A stretch of DNA of 64,000 nucleotides, taken from assembly GCA_030731855.1 (NCBI GenBank), contig JANQTG010000143.1, positions 20,617-84,616 of the forward strand. Direction: 5' to 3'. This DNA is from Cellulophaga sp. Its GTDB lineage: Bacteria > Bacteroidota > Bacteroidia > Flavobacteriales > Flavobacteriaceae. Position 1 is the stretch's first letter. Each line of letters begins with the position of its first letter. Shown in pieces: positions 57,422 through 64,000 of this stretch. Below the pieces are notes generated by a model. The model saw only the letters and a list, made by a program, of their open reading frames with translations, did no database searches and was not told the origin of the DNA. The position numbers and the translations under genes are program-made.

Positions 57422-58573
57422 ATGCGAAAAATTCAAATGGTTGACTTAAACGGTCAATACGAAGCCATCAAAGATCAGGTAAATTCAAGTTTTTCAACAA
57501 TTTTACAAACTTCTGCCTTTATTAATGGTCCAGAAGTTCATAGTTTTCAAAAAGAGTTAGAAAATTATTTAGATGTAAAACATGTAATCCCATGTGCCAA
57601 CGGTACGGATGCATTGCAGATTGCCATGATGGGCCTCGATTTAAAACCTGGCGATGAAATTATTACCGCAGATTTTACCTTCGCTGCTACGGTTGAAGTA
57701 ATAGCATTATTGCAATTAACGCCGGTTTTAGTAGACGTGCATCCTGACACTTTTAATATAGACCCGAAAGCAATAGAAAGAGCCATAACGGCAAAAACTA
57801 AAGCCATTGTACCTGTACATTTATTCGGTCAATGTGCCAATATGGACGCTATTTTAGCCCTAGCAGAAAAATATAATTTATATGTTATCGAGGACAATGC
57901 ACAAGCAATCGGAGCAAATTATACGCATGCGACTGGTAAAAAACAAAAAGCAGGGGTAATTGGTCATGTCGCTGCTACTTCTTTTTTTCCTTCAAAAAAC
58001 TTAGGTGCTTACGGCGATGGTGGTGCTATTTTCACAAATGATGATTCTTTGGCACATACCCTAAGAGGTATTGTAAATCACGGTATGTACGAAAGGTATC
58101 ACCATGATGTAGTTGGTGTAAACTCTCGATTAGATAGTTTACAAGCAGCTGTTTTAAGAGCTAAATTGCCGCTACTAAATGAATACAATGCAAAAAGAAG
58201 AGATACTGCCAGAAAATACAATCTAGCTTTTAAAAACATAGCGCACATCGAAACACCTATTACCGTAAATGGTTGTGAAGGCATATGCGATACATGCGAT
58301 TGTCACGTATTTCATCAATATACCTTAAAAATCACCAATGGTAAGCGCGATGCTTTAGTGAAACATTTGGGCGAACACGGAATTCCTTGTGGTGTTTATT
58401 ATCCAATTCCGCTGCATAAACAAAAGGCTTATGTAGATGATCGGTATAATGATGCAGACTTTCCTGTAACCAACGAATTAGTGCAGCAAGTTATTTCGTT
58501 ACCAATGCACACAGAGCTAGACGATGAACAGATTTCTTTTATAACGGATACCGTTATTACATTTATACAATAA
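57422..58573 (+). CDS. DegT/DnrJ/EryC1/StrS-family PLP sugar aminotransferase
   Basis: NGTDAL, PVHLFGQ, IEDNAQA, SFFPSKNLGAYGDGG (PLP Lys), NSRLD. Confidence 0.95.
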   Translation: MRKIQMVDLNGQYEAIKDQVNSSFSTILQTSAFINGPEVHSFQKELENYLDVKHVIPCANGTDALQIAMMGLDLKPGDEIITADFTFAATVEVIALLQLTPVLVDVHPDTFNIDPKAIERAITAKTKAIVPVHLFGQCANMDAILALAEKYNLYVIEDNAQAIGANYTHATGKKQKAGVIGHVAATSFFPSKNLGAYGDGGAIFTNDDSLAHTLRGIVNHGMYERYHHDVVGVNSRLDSLQAAVLRAKLPLLNEYNAKRRDTARKYNLAFKNIAHIETPITVNGCEGICDTCDCHVFHQYTLKITNGKRDALVKHLGEHGIPCGVYYPIPLHKQKAYVDDRYNDADFPVTNELVQQVISLPMHTELDDEQISFITDTVITFIQ

Positions 58574-58635
58574 GAGATTACAATTAATGTAGCTTTAAAA
58601 CGTTAGATTATTGACCAAAATAAATATTTAATCAC

Positions 58636-59652
58636 ATGAAAGTATTAGTAACAGGAGGTTTAGGGTTTATAGGATCTCACACGGTTGTTGAATTACAAGA
58701 ACAAGGTTTTGAAGTTGTAATTATCGATGATCTGTCAAACTCTTCTGAAAAAGTAATAGATGGCATTGTTGCTATCACCGGGAAAAAACCAGTTTTTGAA
58801 AAAATAGATTTAAAAGAAAAATCTAAAGTTGAAGATTTTTTCAAAAGACATAACACTATAGAAGGTGTAATCCATTTTGCCGCTTCAAAAGCGGTTGGTG
58901 AAAGTGTTGAAAAACCTTTGTTGTACTACGAAAATAATATTAGCACTTTAGTGTATATTCTTAAAGAACTATCAAAGAAAGATAAAGCAAATTTTATATT
59001 TAGTTCGTCTTGCACGGTTTACGGTCAGGCCGATACCATGCCAATTACGGAAAGTGCACCAGTGAAAGCGGCAGAATCTCCTTACGGAAACACCAAACAA
59101 ATCGGAGAAGAAATTATCTCAGAAACGTGCAAAGTAGCCCCAAGTTTAAGCGCTATTGCCTTACGTTACTTTAACCCAATGGGAGCGCACCCAAGTGCCG
59201 AAATTGGAGAACTACCTATTGGTGTACCACAAAATTTAGTACCTTTTATTACCCAGACAGGTATTGGTATGCGTCAACAATTATCCGTTTTTGGAGACGA
59301 TTACCCTACAACAGACGGTACTTGTGTTAGAGATTATATTCATGTGGTTGATTTAGCAAAAGCTCATGTTATTGCGCTAAAAAGGTTAATTGACGGTAAA
59401 AATGTTACAAACTATGAAGTTTTTAATCTAGGAACAGGAACAGGAAGTAGCGTTTTAGAAGTTATTCATAGTTTTGAAAAAGTTTCGGGTAAAAAATTAA
59501 ATTATAAAATTGTTGACAGAAGACCAGGTGATGTAATATCGGCCTACGCAAACACTGAAAAAGCAAATAGCGTTTTGGGTTGGAAAGCAGAATCTACCTT
59601 AGACCAAGCCATGAAATCTGCTTGGGATTGGGAAGTAAAAATCCGTAGCTAA
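58636..59652 (+). CDS. galE: UDP-glucose 4-epimerase
   Basis: GGLGFIGSH, KAVGES..P..YY.NN, SSSCTVYG, YGNTK, LRYFNP, DGTCVRDYIHV, RRPGD. Confidence 0.96.
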   Translation: MKVLVTGGLGFIGSHTVVELQEQGFEVVIIDDLSNSSEKVIDGIVAITGKKPVFEKIDLKEKSKVEDFFKRHNTIEGVIHFAASKAVGESVEKPLLYYENNISTLVYILKELSKKDKANFIFSSSCTVYGQADTMPITESAPVKAAESPYGNTKQIGEEIISETCKVAPSLSAIALRYFNPMGAHPSAEIGELPIGVPQNLVPFITQTGIGMRQQLSVFGDDYPTTDGTCVRDYIHVVDLAKAHVIALKRLIDGKNVTNYEVFNLGTGTGSSVLEVIHSFEKVSGKKLNYKIVDRRPGDVISAYANTEKANSVLGWKAESTLDQAMKSAWDWEVKIRS

Positions 59653-59687
59653 AGTTAGATTCGAATTTTAAAGCAAATAAATTATTT

Positions 59688-59724
59688 AAAGAGGATAGAA
59701 ATTGTGTATATTTCTATCCTCTTT
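59688..59724 (+). terminator. Probable terminator hairpin after galE
   Basis: 15-bp stem AAAGAGGATAGAAAT/ATTTCTATCCTCTTT. Confidence 0.7.
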
Positions 59725-59744
59725 AACTTTTTAACTATTTTGAA

Positions 59745-61022
59745 ATGAAACATATTCTAGCTTTTTTATCTTTTTTTCTCGTGATTAGCCTAAATGCGCA
59801 AGACACCTATTTGCATTGCGGAAAAATAATGGATGTCGTTTCAGGTAAAACACTTTCAGAAAAAACAATAATCGTTTCAGGAAATAGTATAAAAAGTATC
59901 ATGAACGGTTATGTTAATGGAACTCAAAATGATAGAATAATCGATTTAAAAGACAAGACAATACTACCAGGTTTTATCGATTTACATGTACATATCGAAA
60001 GTGAATCTAACCCTAACTCTTATGCAGATCGCTTTACCGATAATGAAGCTGATATTGCTTTTAAAGCTACTGGCTATGCTAAAAAAACATTGTTAGCAGG
60101 TTTTACAACTGTTCGCGATTTAGGAGGAACTGGCGTTAATATTTCTATAAGAAACGCCATTAACAAAGGTATTGTTGACGGTCCTAGAATATTTACCGCA
60201 GGAAAATCTATTGCTACTACGGGTGGCCACGCCGACCCAACCAATGGGCGAAGTCATGAATTTACTGGTGACCCTGGTCCTAAAGAAGGTGTTGTAAATT
60301 CTCCTGATGAAGCCCGAAAAGCAGTGCGTCAGCGCTATAAAGATGGTGCTGATGTTATCAAGATTACGGCTACAGGTGGTGTATTAAGTGTGGCGAAAAA
60401 TGGCAAAAACCCTCAATTTACGATTGATGAAATAAAAGCAATTACTGAAACGGCTGATGATTATGGGATGCTAACCGCAGCGCATGCTCATGGTGACGAA
60501 GGGATGCAACGTGCCGTAAAAGGCGGAATTAAAACCATTGAACACGGGAGTTATATGAGTGATGCTACTATGGATTTAATGAAACAATACGGAACGTATA
60601 TGGTACCTACTATTACGGCAGGAAAACAAGTGGCAGAAAAAGCGGAAGTAGCTGGTTATTTTCCAGAAGTTGTCGCTGTGAAAGCCCGAGAAATTGGGCC
60701 TTTAATTCAAGGTACTTTTGGCAAAGCCTATAAAAAAGGTGTAAATATCGCCTTTGGAACCGATGCTGGCGTATTCCCACACGGGTTAAATGCAAAAGAG
60801 TTTGGGTATATGGTTGAGGCAGGAATGCCGGCCATCGAAGCCATACAATCGGCCACTACAACCAATGCAAAACTGTTAGGAATGGCAGCTGAATTAGGAC
60901 AAATAAAAGAGGGTTTTTTAGCAGATATTGTTGCTGTGTCAGGCGATCCACTAAAAGAAATTACAGTTTTAGAAAATGTTTCTTTTGTAATGAAAAACGG
61001 TGTGGTGTATAAAAATGAATAA
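59745..61022 (+). CDS. Exported metal-dependent amidohydrolase (Xaa-Pro dipeptidase-like)
   Basis: Signal peptide; PGFIDLHVH, GFTTVRDLG, VIKITATGG, HAHG, IEHG, GTDAG. Confidence 0.9.
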   Translation: MKHILAFLSFFLVISLNAQDTYLHCGKIMDVVSGKTLSEKTIIVSGNSIKSIMNGYVNGTQNDRIIDLKDKTILPGFIDLHVHIESESNPNSYADRFTDNEADIAFKATGYAKKTLLAGFTTVRDLGGTGVNISIRNAINKGIVDGPRIFTAGKSIATTGGHADPTNGRSHEFTGDPGPKEGVVNSPDEARKAVRQRYKDGADVIKITATGGVLSVAKNGKNPQFTIDEIKAITETADDYGMLTAAHAHGDEGMQRAVKGGIKTIEHGSYMSDATMDLMKQYGTYMVPTITAGKQVAEKAEVAGYFPEVVAVKAREIGPLIQGTFGKAYKKGVNIAFGTDAGVFPHGLNAKEFGYMVEAGMPAIEAIQSATTTNAKLLGMAAELGQIKEGFLADIVAVSGDPLKEITVLENVSFVMKNGVVYKNE

Positions 61023-61098
61023 ATTTTAACTCACTACCTTTGGAAGAATTGAGGGAAGATTTATGAACCAAACTATCCTGTAATATCGTAAGTACTTT

Positions 61099-61452
61099 AT
61101 GATAATTAATTTTGTAGATAGTAAAGAATTGTTGCAAGCCTCTATTGATGAAGCCCTTTATGAAAGTATGCTAGCGCAAATCAGAAAAGATTTTGCTCTA
61201 GCAAACATTTTTATTGATTTACCATTAAATAGTAATCCTAAGAATTTAAAAACAATTCTCCATCAAAAAATTTATCACCTTATCACAGAACGGTTTATGG
61301 ATTATTTAAATGTCCTTTATATTATTGATGTGTCTGAGAAAGCTATTAAAGAAATTAAATCAGAAGATACGCTTGAAATTGCCGATCAGGTTTCCTTTTT
61401 AGTTTTAAAAAGAGAATATCAAAAAGTTTGGTTTAGAAAAGAATATGGTTGA
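61099..61452 (+). CDS. Hypothetical protein
   Basis: 117-aa ORF (Q..KDF.LAN, LNVLY.IDVSE, LKREYQKVW.R); upstream -7 box TACCTTTG. Confidence 0.75.
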   Translation: MIINFVDSKELLQASIDEALYESMLAQIRKDFALANIFIDLPLNSNPKNLKTILHQKIYHLITERFMDYLNVLYIIDVSEKAIKEIKSEDTLEIADQVSFLVLKREYQKVWFRKEYG

Positions 61453-61472
61453 AGCCAATTCAAGATCAAGTT

Positions 61473-61498
61473 CACACTTAAACTTCGCTCAGTGCAAG
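61473..61498 (-). repeat. Degenerate REP-like element in a convergent intergenic region
   Basis: Minus strand reads CTTGCACTGAGCGAAGTTTAAGTGTG, resembling the CACTGAGCGAAGTCGAAGTG-type repeats I recall from Flavobacteria. Confidence 0.45.
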
Positions 61499-61545
61499 AG
61501 TTCAAGCTACAAAAAACTTTAAGCAGTATTTAATTTTGATGCTAT

Positions 61546-62076
61546 TTAAAAAAACACCCTCACAAAAGGAATAATACCATTAGGATAAATACTTCTATCA
61601 TCATTAAGAAGATTATATCTAACCCCAACCATAAAATTTCTATTCCCGTAACCAGCGCCTACAAAAGCAGCCGGACTCCAATAGTTTTCCTCAACATTAG
61701 GTGCTCCCAAAACATCAAAAGTTCTATTAATTCTAAGCGTTTCAATTTCAGCTGATAATTGAATGGCAGGTATCACATTATATAAAGAAATTAAACTACC
61801 CCCATAAGCAAACAAAGTATCATCATTAATTTCCGCATAATTAAAACTCAGTTGTGTACCTGCTGAAAATTTATCGTTAAATTGATAAATAGCACTTGGA
61901 GATATAGAACCGTTGAAAAACCCATTTCCAAAACCCAATCCTATACCTCCACCGTACCTAACATTACTCCAAAAATCGCCAGAAGCGTTATTTTGAGACA
62001 TTCCTAAGTGCGCTACTAATAGAAGAATGATAGTTAATAAGCATTTTTTTAAGACTATTTTCTTGAAAAACTTCAT
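61546..62076 (-). CDS. Small outer-membrane beta-barrel protein
   Basis: Signal peptide, alternating Gly/aromatic strands (GGGIGLGF, FVGAGY), C-terminal FVRVFF. Confidence 0.75.
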   Translation of the reverse strand: MKFFKKIVLKKCLLTIILLLVAHLGMSQNNASGDFWSNVRYGGGIGLGFGNGFFNGSISPSAIYQFNDKFSAGTQLSFNYAEINDDTLFAYGGSLISLYNVIPAIQLSAEIETLRINRTFDVLGAPNVEENYWSPAAFVGAGYGNRNFMVGVRYNLLNDDRSIYPNGIIPFVRVFF

Positions 62077-62177
62077 AATTATAAAATTTCATTAATATTA
62101 ATATCCAATATAGGACTAGAATTTTGAAATGTTGTATTTTTGCTGAAATTTTATTCACAGGGAAGAGAAAATTATTT

Positions 62178-64000
62178 ATGGATAAATATTCCTTTTTAAA
62201 TGCTGCACACACTTCATTTTTTGCAGCGCTATATGACAAGTATTTAATAAATCCGGATAGTGTTGAGCCAAGTTGGCGCGCATTTTTTCAAGGATTTGAT
62301 TTTGGTCAAGAAAGTTTATTAGACGAACTGGAGACCCCAACACGTAGCGAAACGAATTTTTCGCCAACAAACTCAGAAATTCCGCAATCTTTACAAAAAG
62401 AGTTTCAGGTTATCAGACTTATTGACGGCTACCGAACAAGAGGCCATTTGTTTACCAAAACAAATCCTGTTCGCGAACGTAGACAATACTTCCCTACCCT
62501 AGACATTGAAAATTTCGGATTATCAAATACGGATTTAAAAACTGTTTTTAAAGCAGGCGAAGTTCTAGGTATTGGTTCAAGTACCTTAGAAGAAATTATC
62601 TCGCACTTAAAACGTATTTATTGCGATGCCATTGGTGTAGAATATATGTATATCCGGAATCCAGAATATGTAGAATGGATTCAAAACTGGTTAAACGTAA
62701 ATGACAATCATCCAAAATACGATAACGATCACAAAAAGCACATTCTAAAAAAATTGAATCAAGCGGTTTCTTTTGAAAGTTTTTTACATACCAAATATGT
62801 TGGTCAAAAACGATTTTCATTAGAAGGTAACGAATCTTTAATTCCTGCTTTAGATGCTGTTGTGGAAAGAGCTGCTGAACTAGGTGTAGAGCAGTTTGTT
62901 ATGGGAATGGCGCATCGTGGACGCTTAAATGTATTAACCAATATTTTCGGAAAAGCAGCTAAAGATATTTTTAGTGAATTTGATGGTAAAGATTACGAAC
63001 AAGAAATCTTTGATGGTGATGTTAAGTATCATTTAGGATGGACATCGGACCGCAAAACCAATAGCGGTAAGGAAATAAATATGAACATTGCACCCAATCC
63101 TTCGCATTTAGAAACAGTTGGTGCAGTAGTGGCTGGTATTACAAGAGCAAAACAAGACGCTAAATACAAAGACGATTTTTCAAAAGTTTTACCTATAATC
63201 GTGCATGGTGATGCTGCTATCGCAGGGCAAGGTTTAGTCTACGAATTGGTTCAAATGGCTGGTTTAGACGGCTATAAAACCGGAGGAACAATACATATTG
63301 TAGTCAACAACCAAATAGGATTTACCACCAACTATTTAGATGCAAGAACATCTACTTATTGTACCGATGTTGCGAAGGTAACATTGAGCCCAGTATTACA
63401 CGTAAATGCAGATGATGCCGAAGCTGTTGTACATGCTTCTTTATTTGCACTAGAATACAGAATGCGTTTTGAAAGAGATGTTTTTATTGATTTATTAGGG
63501 TATAGAAAATACGGACATAATGAAGGTGATGAACCTCGTTTTACACAACCTAAACTTTATAAAGCCATAGCAAACCATCAAAATTCTCGTGATATATATG
63601 CTGAAAAGTTATTACAAGAAGGTGTTATCGCAAAAGATTATGTAAGTCAATTAGAAGACGAATACAAAGCAAGCTTAGAAGAAGAGTTAGAAGATTCTAG
63701 AAAAGAAGATAAAACAGTCATAACCCCATTTATGCAAGATGAATGGAGTGGTTTTACCCAAGTGAGAGAATGGGAAATGCTAGATACTTTTAAAACTAGT
63801 TTCGATAAAAAGAAATTAACAGACATTGCAAAAGTAATTACCGAATTACCAAAAGATAAAAAGTTTTTACGAAAGGTTGAAAAACTAGTCAATGATCGTA
63901 AAAATATGTTTTTTGATACCAATAATTTAGATTGGGCTATGGGCGAACTACTAGCTTATGGTACGTTGTTAGCAGAAGGTTTTGATGTTCGGATATCGGG
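62178..64000 (+). CDS. sucA: 2-oxoglutarate dehydrogenase E1 component (5' part; continues past the window end)
   Basis: My translation from ATG 62178: MDKYSFLNAAH...W..FF.GF.FG, YRTRGHL, VGQKRFSLEG, GMAHRGRLN, GDVKYHLG, NPSHLE, HGDAAIAGQG, YRKYGHNEGDEP, DWAMGELLAYG. Missing from the ORF track because there is no stop inside the window. Confidence 0.98.
   Translation, partial: MDKYSFLNAAHTSFFAALYDKYLINPDSVEPSWRAFFQGFDFGQESLLDELETPTRSETNFSPTNSEIPQSLQKEFQVIRLIDGYRTRGHLFTKTNPVRERRQYFPTLDIENFGLSNTDLKTVFKAGEVLGIGSSTLEEIISHLKRIYCDAIGVEYMYIRNPEYVEWIQNWLNVNDNHPKYDNDHKKHILKKLNQAVSFESFLHTKYVGQKRFSLEGNESLIPALDAVVERAAELGVEQFVMGMAHRGRLNVLTNIFGKAAKDIFSEFDGKDYEQEIFDGDVKYHLGWTSDRKTNSGKEINMNIAPNPSHLETVGAVVAGITRAKQDAKYKDDFSKVLPIIVHGDAAIAGQGLVYELVQMAGLDGYKTGGTIHIVVNNQIGFTTNYLDARTSTYCTDVAKVTLSPVLHVNADDAEAVVHASLFALEYRMRFERDVFIDLLGYRKYGHNEGDEPRFTQPKLYKAIANHQNSRDIYAEKLLQEGVIAKDYVSQLEDEYKASLEEELEDSRKEDKTVITPFMQDEWSGFTQVREWEMLDTFKTSFDKKKLTDIAKVITELPKDKKFLRKVEKLVNDRKNMFFDTNNLDWAMGELLAYGTLLAEGFDVRIS

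Noticed and set aside
61546-62076. Calling this gene a 2-oxoglutarate enzyme because it neighbours sucA
   Set aside because: It has a signal peptide and beta-barrel pattern with no ThDP-binding motif.
62176-63922. Small ORFs and the apparent lack of a long gene at the window end
   Set aside because: The region is the continuous sucA frame running off the window, not a pseudogene.

Overview
A 64-kb, AT-rich chromosomal segment from a member of the Flavobacteriaceae (Bacteroidota). The assignment rests on the SprA T9SS translocon, the alternative complex III operon and TTTG-N19-TAnnTTTG promoters; a marine Cellulophaga/Maribacter-like lineage is my inference. The window is mostly core genome. 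In order it holds: tonB-vanZ-gcvH-sprA-ruvA-maeB; a sugar MFS transporter; queG; a NatAB-like ABC exporter; cytochrome P450 and ruvB; an acyl-CoA oxidase-like gene; a GIN-domain protein; a small low-GC patch of three hypothetical genes; the actABCDEF-coxII-coxI respiratory operon; infB-nusA-rimP; tRNA-Gln; DUF2723, a Cys-less thioredoxin, a metallophosphoesterase and cutC; polA; rplM-rpsI-rpsB-tsf; waaA, a DegT-family aminotransferase and galE; an amidohydrolase; and the 5' part of sucA, which runs off the end. I see no prophage, transposase, integrase, CRISPR array or recognisable defence system, and I cannot claim a clearly new multi-gene system. The strongest leads are: (1) related helix-hairpin-helix/H3TH-type modules fused to both ActC and ribosomal protein S2; (2) DUF2723 as a candidate protein O-mannosyltransferase, next to a thioredoxin with no cysteine; (3) a low-GC cassette that looks like orphan toxin-immunity genes; (4) a four-Cys insertion in the DegT enzyme; (5) period-7 intergenic DNA and nested, decayed REP-like palindromes. 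All family assignments come from motif recognition by eye; no searches were run.
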